Source: the human T2T-CHM13v2.0 reference genome, Homo sapiens
Reading direction: 5' to 3' (one strand)
NCBI RefSeq assembly: GCF_009914755.1
Contig: NC_060929.1
Length of the DNA: 64,000 bases
Numbering within the stretch: position 1 is the stretch's first letter; the number at the start of each line of letters is the position of its first letter. Positions 43,931 through 59,596 of this stretch are shown in pieces. The translations under genes and the position numbers were made by a program. The notes under the pieces are model-generated. The model was not told where the DNA came from. It saw only the letters and a program-made list of their open reading frames with translations, and did no database searches.

Positions 43931-44305
43931 AAAAGGTTTGTGGTGTGTAGAGAAGTGGACTAAAACTTTACAATGGACTAAAACAGTGCATGGTAATGTT
44001 TTACACCCAATGTAATAGAATAAACCTTGTGCAATACATAAATGCTGAGAGCTAGGAGAGTATTCTCTGTTTTTTTCTGGTTTCAATAAGCAGGTTTAAA
44101 TTTCTTTTAAACAAATTATACATACCCATTGTTAAGCGTAAAAGAAGAAAACTCCATCTTCAACACCTCATTGACCCTCTTTAAGTTAAATAATGACTTA
44201 TTTCATGGCAGGCACAATACACATATGGCAAGAGAAAGTAATAGATAAAATAAATGCTAAAATAGAATTACTCTTTCCACTAATCTGTTTAATTTAATAT
44301 TGTAA

Positions 44306-44659
<354 letters not shown>

Positions 44660-47600
44660 TGAATTGTTTTCCCTTAGTTTTAAAAACCTCGTACATATTT
44701 TCAGTACAAGTTGCCTTATATTAAAAGGAGTTTCCTCCTGTGATTGTCACCGCTCAAGAAAAAAAACAAACATTAGACTAAACAATGTTGATTTTTCATT
44801 TTTAGGGATTTCACAACAAGTAAAAATAGATTAAAAAAAACTTTGAACTTAAGTTTTGTTTTGCTTTTTACTGCCTTGGGCTAATGTGGTTTCAAATTCC
44901 ATTTTAGAGTGAGTTTGATGATTTTATTTAAGAAAAAAGAGCTTCAGGAACCAATTAAAAACCTAGTTTGGGGACCACATTCCAGCTCTGGGAAATAAAG
45001 CAATTTAAAGTTAATTCAAGCTACTCTTTCTTCAAAAGCAGAGACCCATCTCCTAGGGAATGTGTTAATCCTTTCATTTTGGTTAGGTTTAATTTTTCCA
45101 AATACTGAGGATTCGCCAAAATTTTAAAGACTTACATGTTTAATCATTTTTATAAGTAAAAATTATTTGTTAGAGGGAATATTATTTCCCATGTTGAGTC
45201 CTCAGAAACATGTCTATTTAATCATTTAAGTCTAACTTACAGATTTATGTTTTTATATGTTCAGAGTATATTAGAATATCAATATCAGAGACCTCCTCTC
45301 ATCAAAGGTGACTCATGAATAACATCTTAAATAATGGACTAAATATTGTATGATGGGAAAAGAGAATGAGAAAGCGTGGGATACGCAGTCTTTTACTTAG
45401 TTATGGCACTACATGAGTTCTTAGAAGTGACAAAAAAGATACATATGAATAAAATTAAGCTTTCTTAAAGGATGTAATGCTGTATAATAATTTTATTGCA
45501 AGAGCAACTGATAGTACAATTTCCCTAAACAAGTAGTGATTAATTAAAATAATGGTTAAATATCAATATTGTTTCTCAAAAAATAAATTACATTTGGAGG
45601 GCTTGGGACAAGTACAAAGTGAACAGTTTAAAGTGATTTACTTCTTGAGTGGAATAATGACAGGCTCCATAGAGCCGTAGTACATTTGTTGTCTAATTCA
45701 GTTTAGTTCATCCAATTTTACTGAACTCCAGATTGTCTGTTGGCTGCTAAACAACTCATACATTGGTGATGACATACTTGAAAACTGTATGTCAATGTAA
45801 TATGGCGATTGCTGTGATAAAGACATGCAAAAGGAACTAGCAAAGTACAAATGTGGTAACATAAATTAATTTAGAATTCCGACATAGCTTCCAGAAAGAG
45901 AGAACTCCTATTGTGTCTTGAAAGATAAACAAATTTATGTAAACACGAATGCATTTACACAAATAATTTGAAAAAGAAACCATAGAATGGAGAAACAGGA
46001 CCTAGGAAACATGGTCTGAAGGAAATTTTAAGAGTAAAATTTGTAGAAAAACTGGTACTAAAATAGGGATCTGGTCAGAATTTCTCCCCATGAACTTTAG
46101 TTGGATCATTAAGATAATAGGGTCACGGCAATGTGATTTTTAAAATATGTAAATGATTTTGATATTTATCGTGTTAAGCTGAATATCCAAGTGCAGTTAT
46201 GACATAAGGAGGAGCTAAAAAGTTGACTTTTGGAAATATGAAATTAACAGTGATGATGGAGACAATGAGATCTAATTAAATCTTCAAGAAAAGGGAATGA
46301 AAAAGATAATTCAGATCAAGAGACTGCAGGAAACCGTCCTTATCTACTATCTCGTACATGCAGGTAAGGTTTAGAACTGGCAGAATGTATCAAAAGACGG
46401 TGAAAATCACAGTGAGTATGCATTTAATTGTCAGTTTCCAAAAAGTTCATATGAACGTTTCAATTAAATGAAATAACTCATTTCATTTTCTAGAAGTCTG
46501 CACTACATTAAGTTTCCATCCATTTCATTATATAATTTCCATAAGAGAAATAATCTGAATATATGTAATAAAATACATGACTCAGATACATTTGAAAAGC
46601 AAGAATATTATCTTCTAATTATACATAAATGTATTTTGTCTGTTTAAATTTTAGAAAAGTGATTAGAAATCACAAAGATTAAAGCAATAAAGAAATGAGG
46701 AAGAAGAAATGAGAGGAATCAAATCTCAATTTTTGCTCAGACCAGTTCCTGAAGACAATTAGGTCTGGCAAACTGTTCCCCTATAGCTTTAGAGTCAATA
46801 GTCGTAACCTTGATTCTCTTAAATCTTTACTATGTACACAATGTTTCAAAAAAGATATTGAATATGCAACTAGTCATATTAGTCAATAAACTGGTCAGAA
46901 TCACTGTATATTTTAAATCATTCTTTGATAATTTGGACACAGTCTACATTTTATAATCAACATCTATCCAAACAGCAAATCAACATTTTTCACAAATATG
47001 GTGAAATTATTTTAAAATTTATTTAGTAATCATGTATTTATTTTATGGTATGAATGTTGACGTTGTTACCAGCATTATCTCAGATCAGTATACACTTCAT
47101 TTAGTTTTCTATATTTCTTTGCCTTTTAGTTTAATCACCTCATTTATTGTGTTTCAGTTTTTGGATAAGATCAGACGCCTGCAGGTCTTTGTTTATTGGA
47201 ATTATTTTTTTGGGACAGGGACAGAAATAATGGCAATATAGATTATATTAGTTTACAAAAAAAAAATTCAGAAAGAATTCTACAATTCTTGTGGCTGTGC
47301 GTCTTCCTTCTACCACAGAAATAGCTCATCATATCAGTATAAAGCCTGCCAATATTCTTACATGTACCATGCTAAATTATACAACACCCGCTAAAACCAA
47401 CAATTAATTTAACCACAATTATAATCACTGTTATATTTTGAACAATGAATACACAACTTTAAAATAACATAATCAAATGCTCACATATTTTAAATCCACT
47501 AATTTTACCAGAATTGCTATATAGATATCTGTATGTGTATATATTTATATGACAACACAGAAAAAAAAAATTAAAAAGTACACATAAAAGTACTTCTCTG

Positions 47601-49186
47601 AATCTGATTGTCCTTTTCCCAGTACAATATCACTCACTGAGACAGTTATTTTCAGCTGTTTTGTATTTAAACATTAAAATAAGTGATACTTTCTTTGAGA
47701 GTATTTCTATGTTCTCTCACAATGACATGATTTCATTAGGACTTTGTTGTTCAAAGGCAAATAAATTAATTCATAGTCATTTGACATTCTTAGGCATCTA
47801 TATGACTTTATTTACACAACATAAAAAACAAGAGATGGTTTGGATGATGATGGAGTTATTAGTAATGGATGCATTAATTATTATTATATGTTCAATTGTT
47901 TAATTTTTGCTTTTTAATGATATTAGGAGAGAAAAATAGCTGAAGAGGAGGAGGATAGGGAAAATCATGAGTGGAATAATACGCATCATGATAACACACA
48001 ATAATTAGGAATGTAAACTCACAACAAAACTACTGTACCATGAGCCTGAATATAGCAAAACTTGGGACCCTAGCAAAAAAAAAAAAAAGTAGAAAATATG
48101 ATGTCTCAAAATTTACAATGCTCTATTTAAAACATTCTGGCTATTCAGGCTGATTAAGTTTCAGTGAACTTATTTAGTTTTGAAAAAAACATAAAAATAC
48201 CTCAATACTTAGTGTATGAGTAACATGACTTAAAATATTAAGTTTGCAGCCCCATAGTTAAGTCAATCCTCGTGTTCCTCACATTTTCTGTTTTCACAAC
48301 AGTGGCCTCCTAGGTTAATGCCTCAAGATGGTTACATTGTCTCACTTGCGCTGGATCTACTCATTTTCAGTTACTTTGTTACCTTGTAAAAAAAGTTTTC
48401 ATTTGTATCAAATTATGTTATGAATTGAATATAATAGTATCTCAGTTTTAATTTGCCACTTTGCTTTACAGATTTAAATAAAGAGGAATAAGAACCTTCT
48501 ATCTCAATGCCCATTACTCTTGCAGTTATTTTTGAGAAAATATACGTATTTTGAGGTTGTTTTAAGTACTAGTCAATCTGGAAAAAAAAATGAAAATGAA
48601 AACACTGTCAGAGAAAACTGAAAATACATACTTTAAAAATCCATATATATTTCTTAAATATAACAGTCATGCATATTTCATAGAATAATATTGTGACTTA
48701 AAGTTTTTATGTTACCTTATGACTAAATATTTTAACACTAGCTGCATTTTGTTCAGTCTCATATAAACCCTATAACACATGATGAATAAAATATGAATCT
48801 TCTCATCAGTTAAAATTTTTCAATGTTCAAGCACTTTTAATTCAAGCTTGCTATAAAGAAATGCAGCAGAGGCAACAATTGTAATAACCAAAGTTAACAC
48901 CAAAATATACACTGGTGTTTAGCACTGGTCTGACAAAGAATCCAAAGAGGAAAAAAAATGCTTCGATTTACTAAGAGGTCTATCGCATTGCAAGGGATTA
49001 ATTATAGGTAGATTTTATTGTTATTAGATTTTATTATTTACTTCATCTACTATGCTAGCTAAATTCTATGATGTCCGAATTTGACTATAACATTTTTCAT
49101 AAGACTTTAATGTAGATAAAGCTATTTTTTTAAATTCAGATGATTCAGTAAAAGGCTTTAGTAAATTACATATAGTTAAAACTTAT

Positions 49187-49685
<499 letters not shown>

Positions 49686-51835
49686 TAGCTAGTGCACACA
49701 TGACCAATTGGATACCCAGATATGTTTTTAAACTTCACCATTGATACTGAGTCCCCAAAAAGGAGACATGTAATTAATAATCAACTAATGAATTTCAGCA
49801 AATGTAATTTCTTTGAGGCTGTTCCATAATCTGACTCTGAAACATTTAGGTACTAATATTTGATTATTTAAAACAATTTTCTTCATTTTTTAATGTATTA
49901 ATTGGAGCTGCAGATTTTGTAGTATTTAAAAACCTGTGGCATCATTTTACATACAACGTAGACAGTTTCAAATGTTATTAATAGTATTATTTACATACAT
50001 GTACTTGTTACACGGGTAGAAGCAGAAGATACATGAAGTCGAGGTGGATGGTGACAGGGACCATGTCTGGGGTTGAAGCAAAAAAATATATCAGAAGAAG
50101 AAAAAAAAGATCCTGCCTTTCTACTTATGGGATGTGTTAGTGATATCAGAAAACAAACACATACAATGACTGACTTTCACAATGATGAGAGAGAGAAATA
50201 CTCTCATTTTTTCAATACCTAATACTTTAGAGACCCACAGCTATCTTGGTTTTTACATCCTCACCAAAACTGGGTAGAACTTATCCCATTTTACAGATGG
50301 GAAAACTAAGCCTTCAAGAGTTTTATTATGTTACGAAAGTCACACTGTTACAATAAACATGGAATGTGACTCTGAGGTGATATTAAATACTCTTGTTTAT
50401 CAATTAAATTGACTTCTGATGAGAAGTATATAGATGTAACAGATACAAGCTAAGGGTAGATCTGAGGTTGGATTGTCTCCATTTATCAATAATTCTTCAC
50501 TTTCAACTCTAAATAATACATTGTTACAATTTAACTAAATACTTAAAAGTCTAAAAATTACAATAGATTCTATAAAATGGCCCATTCACTTTGATAAGCT
50601 CTTAAACTATAATCTATCACCACTATGGAATAACTGAATAGCTTTTGTAGAGGGATGTAAAGTACTTTTCATCAAATATGAAACTGTTTTATTTAATGGC
50701 AGAATTTAAGGTTTGAATTGCAGAAAGGATAATAACAAGCAAGACTGGGATAGCCCACTGGGTAAAATATTTAAAAATGCCTGTGAATTTTAGCCGTAGA
50801 GAAGAAATTTATAAATACCTTAATAAATATTCTGTATTTCTTAAGTCTAAGCTAGACTCATACACAATGTGTCAAGTTTTTAAAAGATTCAAGTTTACTA
50901 TTTAGCTGTTTTGGGCAATATTTTATTTATTTGGCCTGAGAAGGAGATAAGTTTCAGTGATATATGTAGTCAGAATAATTTGTATATTTAATGAGCTATT
51001 AAATCAATATCTCACAAATAATATATTCTTAATACTAAAGTCGTTAGCCTTGTTTGTACACATATATTTAATGTTAACAAGTGAATCATATTCCATATTT
51101 CATAATAGAAGCTTCTGTGAAAAAACTCATAATTATTTTTGAAAACTTACAACATTATATATAAAAATACATTCTCAAGACATATTTGTTTTCAAGATAT
51201 TTTATAATAAATACAAGCCTATCAAAATTAGACCAAAATATAAGTACTGTAGTTTCTATTCAATTTCTAAAACACTGAGTAAAATGATACCTTGTAAAAA
51301 CAAGAAAATTAGATAGAATGTAGGTAGTCCTGTGTCTGGAAGTGAGTGTAGATGTAAACACAGAACCATAAAATATTGTAAATAAATATATAAGTTCATC
51401 TTAAAACATCACTAAATTATTTTTATACCAATGATATATGTCAAAAATATATTTTATGCTCAAAATATATGAAGGAATATTGTTAAGACAAATGAATGAC
51501 TCAATGAATAATTTTTCTATTATACCTACTGGATTAATAAGAGTAAAAGTGGGCTTATTTGAATATAAAGCAATATAATCAACATAATAATTAATACAAA
51601 AAAATTAGTGCAAGATTTGTCACTTTAAGAGTCTCAGAAAATATCTCCAAAAATTATTAAAATTACTCAATAATGAACTTAATTATTATATTATTAGCTG
51701 AAGTTCAAATGTCAAACTTACCTAAAATATTCAATTTGTAACCGTCAAACTGTCACAGGGATTACATTAAACATTTTAAAAGTATAACAATCTATTTTAA
51801 ACTGTTAGCAGCTTAATTTCTAACTCACAAAAAAA

Positions 51836-51986
51836 TTTATGTATTTATTTTTTTGAGACAGGGTCTCACTTTGTCACCTGAGCTTCAGTGCAGTGGTACA
51901 ATCATGGCTGTCTCCTAGGCTCAAGTGATCATCCCACTGCAGCCTTCCGAGTAGCTGGGACTAGAGGCGTGTACCATGCCCAGCTA
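51836..51986 (-). mobile_element. FRAM/AluJ right-arm monomer within an old L1
   Basis: gagacagggtctcact..ctcctaggctcaagtgatc..gagtagctgggacta. Confidence 0.8.
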
Positions 51987-52455
51987 GACAAATGACTACT
52001 TTATAGCTCTGCCCTCTCCTGCTTGATGTTATTAATGTCCCAAACTGCACCTTTATATATTGTGTATCAATTAATATGGATTTAAAGTTATTTTTATGCT
52101 TTTGTAGTTAAATTTTTTAAAATAACTGAAAATTGAGTTATAAACAAAAATTACAATAATACAAGTTTCATATTTGTCCATGTATTTACCTTTATTGGAG
52201 AATTTTATATAAGTTTTCTTATACTTCTGTATTGCTGTCTAGCATATTTTCATTTCAAATGAAAGGGTCCACTTAATTTTTTTATTTTTATTTTTTAGTA
52301 GGGCAAGTCTTTTAGTAATGAATACCCTCAGCTTTTGTTTATCTGAGAATTTCTTAATTTCCCCCTCATTTTTGTAGGAGAGTTTTGTTAGATGTGGTAG
52401 GCTTGGCTGGCATTTTTATTCTGTTTCAATACTTTAAATATATAATCTCACTGCC

Positions 52456-52457
<2 letters not shown>

Positions 52458-52495
<38 letters not shown>
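52458..52495. repeat. (TG)n microsatellite
   Basis: Directly visible. Confidence 0.95.
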
Positions 52496-54646
52496 TTATT
52501 CAGTTTAAATATGTGTTTTTTAACTAGGAAATTTGGTCTATTTGCATTTAACATAAGTATTAACATGTGGCTTTAAAATGTGTTATGTTCTTTTAGTTTT
52601 TCTATCTGCTTGATCACCTTTTTTATGTCTTTTCTTACTGTATTTTAGAATGGCTGAATATTTTAATTATTTCACCTGCCACTCCATTATCTTAAGAGCT
52701 TCATATTTTTTACTACTCCATTAGCAGTTTTAGAGATTAAAACATGTATACTTGACTCTTCTAAGTCTATTATAGTTTAGCACCTTTATCTTCTTGGCAA
52801 CTGTGAAAGACATTTTGAAACAATTCACTTCCTCCTGATTTATATGCTAGTGTTATTGTGTATTTTCATAGTATGTAGGTGTATATTATTTTTAGCATTT
52901 TTACTTATCAATACTATCAGTATTAGTCCTCTTACCTAATTAATCATGCCTTCTTGAATCTTCATAGTTCATCTTAATGTGTATATGAAATATGTCCTTG
53001 TTTAACCTTCATTCATGAAATATAGTGGCATTTCTCACTGCTGATAGAGCTCTAGGATAACATTTATTTCTCCAGAGCATGAAAATATCAATCCATTGTG
53101 TTCAAGCTGTCCAAGGTGTTACCTGCACCGTGGTGCCATTAGAGCCCCAAACCTGGACAGGACCTGGTCTCCAACCTCTTTCTGTCTATACACGGGAAGA
53201 TCTCAAAACATTTTCTGAGCCTTTTAGCCCCTTTTCTAATAAAAGCAATGGCTGCCATGGACAAAGCAGCACCTGATACTGGCCACTTCTCTATCTGGAC
53301 ATCTTGTAGACCTGGGACAAAAAAATTCTTCTTTATGTTTCTTCTCTGACTGCATCAAATTGATTTTTTAAAAATGACCAGCTTGTCTAGTTGTCATTAA
53401 TGGGAGAAATGGAGATATTTAACCAGAATTCATAATGGAATTAAAAGTACTTTGCCATTTATCTGTATTTATATTATCAGCCCCATTTCTTCAGTAATTT
53501 TTCTAGTCTGGTATTCAGTACAAACTTATTCATGTAAGCAAACACCACCTGTTCCCCCAAAACCTATTGAAATAAAAAAATAAAGATGCAAAGACATCTT
53601 TTTTCCTCCCATGCTTCCCTGCTAGGAGGCACTGGACAAAACGAAATACCTCTATATGTCTGTGTTACTTTCTTGACAAGTAAGAATTTACTAAAGCAAA
53701 AAAAAAAAAAGACGAAAATATGCCATGAAACTAATACATCAACATTTTGTTTCTTTTTTTTATTGGAACATATTTGCCCAAAATGTCCATCCATATTCAT
53801 TCTGTGATTGCTGGTAACACTTAGCCATGAGCCTTTAAATGATATATAAAATTTTTCTCTCAAATACAAAGTGAAGCATATATTAAAGATAATAACTAAA
53901 GTACATCTCTTTAAAATATGGATTGAAGATACACAATAACATTAGCATATCTACTATATTTATAATAATTTATTAAGCTAGATATATATTTTAATATATC
54001 AATTTACTTCAAAACTATTTTCAGAGCAAAAATGGAAATTAAACTTTTCAAATGTGCAAAGAAATAAATCACTAGCATTTACATAAAACTGTTGGCTTCA
54101 TGAGATTAATTACATAATTTATTGCTCTGGGCTGATTACTTCATTGTGCCAAATGAGTAAAGAATAGACTACACACCTCCATCACAACCCAGGAACTTCA
54201 AATTACCAGTTGTTTGCATTGTAAAAAGTGCTCATGACCATGTCTAAGTAGATATGATCACAGTCTTTAAAGACAATAAACCATTATTATGATGTCAAGA
54301 GAATGATGAGTAAGCTTTCTATGTAGCCTAATGTTAATATTTTTAAATACAATTATCTCTAATTTTAGGTCCACATATCGGCGTCCTTTTTGTTTGCCTG
54401 TAAAAATGTTTTCTTTATGTTCAATCTTTTTTTGAGGATAGTATTTTTTTATTAATGAGAATAAAATCTCTGTCATAAACTGAAACATATTTTAGGGTAT
54501 AATATATTGAAAGATAAAGAGTTTTGTTTCTAAGCACTGCAAAAAAGTAGCAAAAACTTATTTTAAATAGCAAGTTTAATTATGAACTGGACATATTTTA
54601 AAGTGTCTTTCTCTCACTATGGAAAACTTTACTAATATTGTCACAT

Positions 54647-54826
54647 GGTATGGTGCTACACATCTGTAGTCCCAGTTAGTCGAAGGCTGAGGCAGGATGA
54701 TTGCTTGAGACCACAAGGTCGAGGCTGAATAAATTATGATCACACTACTGTATTCCAGCCTGAGTGAAAGACAGAAAGAAGGAAGGAAGGAAGAAAGGAA
54801 GGAAGGAAGAAAGGAAGGAAGGAAGG
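54647..54826 (+). mobile_element. Alu right-arm monomer (FRAM/AluJ) with a (GGAA)n tail
   Basis: ctgtagtcccag..ggctgaggcaggatgattgcttgag..ccagcctg; perfect TSD attgtcacat at 54637-54646 and 54827-54836. Confidence 0.85.
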
Positions 54827-56749
54827 ATTGTCACATATATATTTTAACAAAAGAGATAAAACATAACAAAGATTATTCACTAGTTATTATTCTAATTCCA
54901 TAAGCATTGTCCATATAGAAAAGGGAGTCAAGAAGCAAAAATTAGAACACATAAAAATATGAGTTTTAAAAATATATTTACTGTTTAATTTTTAGGAAGT
55001 CAATTTATTTAATATAACCAAGCAGCTTTATAGTTGTAGTTATGAACATAAGCTAAATTTGAAAAGTTGTAGCAAACAAAACAAAACAAAGCCCTTAACA
55101 TAAATAATTATTAATAAACATGAATGTCCATTCTCAATTGCAGCCATAATTAGAGCTTACAGTGGCTATTTCACAACTTTAGAGTAATTATTATTTCAGT
55201 TTCCCATATTTTGAGAGAGTTTGAAACATGGTAATGGGTTCCTAGGATAGAATATGAAATGTGGCTTAATGTTGAAATCATTCAGTGGTGCTGCAGAAGC
55301 AATTCACAAACGGGAAAGGGAGGCATGAATCTAACCAATGATTCAATGTTTATTTTACTCTATACAATTTATAATTTCAAGATAAAATAAACACTGTGTA
55401 AGTGGTTGTCACTGAAAACGTAAGTTATGCATTCCAATTATATGATAGGTCAAAAGTAAAATGAAAGTCAACAGAACCAGCAAAACCATGGCGTTTTGCA
55501 TCTTATTCCCTGCCCCATAAAAATGATTTGAGTTGGAGTCTATAGATCTACATGGTACGGAGACTTCTAAATCAATTCTAGAGGTTATGGGAAAATATAA
55601 ACAGAAGTGCCAATTTTAGAACATTGATTTTTCTATGTCTGTGGAAAAACCCAGAGTGGGTGTCTAGGGGCTGAAAAATTGTTGGAAAAATTTCTTTGGC
55701 ATGTTTTCCCTTATATCAACACTTAGGAGAGTAGGAACCAGAGTTAAGTCAAATTCTATCCTTTGCACCACTACACCACATAACCGTCTCCATACCAGCA
55801 ATCAAAGACACTTTCTTTGAATAGGATAGATTTGAAAACATGAAGAATTCTATGTTTTTCTAAAGTATTATTTAATATATAAGAAACACATTGAAGAATG
55901 ACTTTGATTCCATCCATGGTATTCAAAATTATTTAGTTGATATCATTAATATAAAATTTAAAACATCCATTTGGAGCATATAAAATATATATGGAATCAG
56001 TACTGTATTTCCAATGACTGCTAATATAATGAGCAAGCCCAGAAAATGCTATTACATGTGTTTGGATGGATTTCTATTGCTTACTAAAAGCCTATTTTAC
56101 CTTCCTCAGAGCTAATAGAAGCAGAGTTATCCATCAAGAATAGCAATTAAACTTTAATTTTCTATATGTGTGAAGTCAATATACTAAAGAAATCCAATGG
56201 CTTCAATTACACTTTTGCAATTTTAATTATTTTATGCCTGAAATTTCTAGAAAATTTTCCACAGTGTCTAATACATCACAACGGAGAACTTAATCTCACT
56301 GGATTATAATTAGACTCTAAAGGGTAAATTAAATGAATATATGCATTCTTGTTTATATATAAAACCTTCAAAGGAAAAATGATATTCATCAACAAAATTT
56401 TAAATTGAGTACTGCAACCTTGATTCAGACTTTGCATTTTAAAATATCGCCTTATAAAAGAGTGAAATCTTTATATATTTTTTGTAAACACTTAGCATGT
56501 ACTTCAGGTTTTATAAGAAATAAACATTTAATGAGCATCTAACACGTAACAAATATATCTTCTAGAAATACACCAATAATGTACAAAAAGGGCATTTTTA
56601 TTTGTTTGCTTGAGAGTAGACTTGTAACAAAATAAAAACAGTGTTTAAACATTCCAGGTATAATATAAGAATTTACAAGATACAGAATTAGTGCAAAGGA
56701 AAGAGTGCTTAGTGTTCTTTGGCAAAGACATTCACTTACTTGAATTAAA

Positions 56750-57065
56750 TGTCACATCAACTTAACCACATTCTTCATTGATTGCATGGCTGCCCTCAGT
56801 CTGGACTATGACCGGAAGAAAGTCTCCACGGCCGCCATCTTGGCCAGGATTAAAAGAACTGGAGATGGAAGCTACAAGAGTGGCTGAGTTTGGGGTCTCT
56901 CAGGTTCCTATTTCAAAAGCCAGCCAGGCGGAAGTTTAAAGTCTGTTTATTAACTACTGAATAATGCTACCAGGATGCTAAAGATGATGATGTTAACCCA
57001 TTCCAGTACAATATTCTTTCAAAATGCAAAAGTATTGAAAGCCAAAACAACAATAACAACAAAAA
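56750..57065 (+). pseudogene. SCD: 5'-truncated processed pseudogene fragment of stearoyl-CoA desaturase (SCD): last 44 codons, ~157 nt of 3'UTR and an A-rich tail
   Basis: 56753-56887 translates HINLTTFFIDCMAALSLDYDRKKVSTAAILARIKRTGDGSYKSG*, versus the human SCD C-terminus HINFTTFFIDCMAALGLAYDRKKVSKAAILARIKRTGDGNYKSG*; followed by SCD-type 3'UTR (tctgtttattaactactgaataatgctaccaggatgctaaagatgatgatgttaaccc) and aaaacaacaataacaacaaaaa. The symbol names the parent gene. Confidence 0.93.
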
Positions 57066-57529
57066 CTGTTAGGTGAATGTTATAATCAGAATGTGCTTGT
57101 TTGACAAGCAAGAAGACTTTCCAGAAATATCCAAAGGCAAAGAAAAACATGCATGAACCAAACATGGCAATTAGTATCTATTTGGAGAAGTTACATTGTG
57201 AAAATGGTGAAGTATGAAAAAAAAGCTTACATAAAATATTCGGGAACTTATGTCATTTTTTAAAGTATAGAATGATATTAAACTGGGAAGTATTGGTAGA
57301 AGGGACAATACATTTTATAGATGATTAGTTTTAGAGTCAGTTAACCAGTGATATGACTGAAAATAATAAAACATTTTACTGAAGTGTATTTTATAGATTA
57401 TGTTAAATCTATTCAGATAATATAGATAGCATAGAGAATATTGAATAAACTTGAAATATATTAGAGAGATACAACTAAAAAGTCACCACCTCAACTGTAC
57501 CTAAACCCAGGTCCTAGCAGGTACTGTTA

Positions 57530-58190
<661 letters not shown>

Positions 58191-59139
58191 CATGCTCTTT
58201 AATGTTATCAGTCATTGTTAATTACTAGTCCAATGTTATTTATTTTTCAGCTGTTAATAGAAGCATGACTTCTTTAGGGAAGAACTGCTGATGTTGCTAG
58301 CTAAATACTTCTATTTCACAGTCATAGAATTGGTTCTTCTCCTTTGTATCATGGCACTTCTGAAATTTCATGAGTTTGTAGTTGTTTAATTGACATTTTA
58401 CTTTCTCACTATAATGAAAGGACATGAAAGAATAGATTATGTTTTTGCTGACCAGCAAAACCTCATACTTGACATATAATAAGCACATATTAATTACTAT
58501 TAAATGAATGAAACTTTTGAGGCTATAATACGGAAGTTAGATTTTGGTAGAGTAAAATGTTTCTTTAAAAAACATGAATGGTAAAAGTATTTGAGCTGAA
58601 AAGTTAAGTGATGAAAGATGCACTTTAAGACAATCTGAAATCAATATGGAACGTTGGTTGAAGTAGAAGAACCCAAAGATCCAGAGAATAGCAAGTCAGG
58701 GAACAAAAAGAGGTTAAATTAAGAGGATGGCAGCTGAAAAAACAATGCAGTGACCACACAAAAAATTTACTTTTTAACTTAATTGGGAAGGCACAGATAA
58801 AGACATGAGGCATGAAAGAAGGGACACGAAATGTTGTATATCTTATACATAAATATATATCTTATAAATAAAATTAATGAACATGATTAATGTTGGAATT
58901 AATATGTTGGAAAACGAATTAAAATTCTAGATAAGTATAGCTTTACCAAGACAGAATCAAAAATAAATTAAATTTTCTTTGTTTAATAATAATTCATGTT
59001 GTTAGTAGTTAAATATCTCCCCACAAGGAAATACCTGGGATTGGCCTGGGCTGAAGCTCTCCTAATAAGGAGGCCTCTAGGGAGGCATTCGAGCTAGAAA
59101 TGCAGATCTAAGTAAAAACGAAAAATTGTGGCCAGCTTC

Positions 59140-59340
59140 AGCCTGGGCATGTGTGGGGTGGAGGCTGTGGGCTTAAACTTTGTTGGTAACTCCCTTCAGA
59201 CTCTGCGCTGCACTGACTCTGTGCACACCAAGCTGTGGAGGTCAGTTTTCTTCATCAAGACCTGCATGGAAAACTTTTATAATGACCTTTGGCAGGGCCT
59301 CAAAGATCACACACAAGATTTTGGCTTGGAGCCAGATTCC
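59140..59340 (+). pseudogene. Possible highly degenerate Ser/Thr kinase (MARK/SMOK-like) fragment
   Basis: Across frameshifts: GMCGVEA..., FRLCAALTLC, LHQDL..ENF, LK.., DFGL..RF, in kinase subdomain VIa-VII order and near-canonical spacing. Confidence 0.4.
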
Positions 59341-59596
59341 TCCCTTTTCCTTTCTATGTTTAATTTTAAATAGTTTTTAATGTAATTTTTATCTTACAAG
59401 TTTTATTTCTCATCTCAATTCTATTTGCATTTAAAGCTAGTTTTCATATCAACTTAACTTTTTTTTAACATATGTGATAGACTCAATTTCTATTTCCTGC
59501 TAATTCCAAGGTATGTGTTAATTCAACATCATTTGTATTTTATTGTTTTTTATCTTCATTGTGAGTCAAATTTCAAAGTTTTTTTCATGCCTGGAC

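Larger units (their letters stand above)
51700..53100 (-). mobile_element. Ancient L1M fragments (ORF1/inter-ORF region)
   Basis: ccctcagcttttgtttatctgagaat..cttaattt..cctcattttt; ttattctgtttcaatactttaaatatataatctcactgcc. Confidence 0.6.

Noticed and set aside
56798-56939. Alternative-frame ORF MTGRKSPR...QAEV (ATG at ~56808) and an initial guess of a UFM1-like pseudogene
   Set aside because: The other frame matches the SCD C-terminus and 3'UTR unambiguously; this frame is incidental
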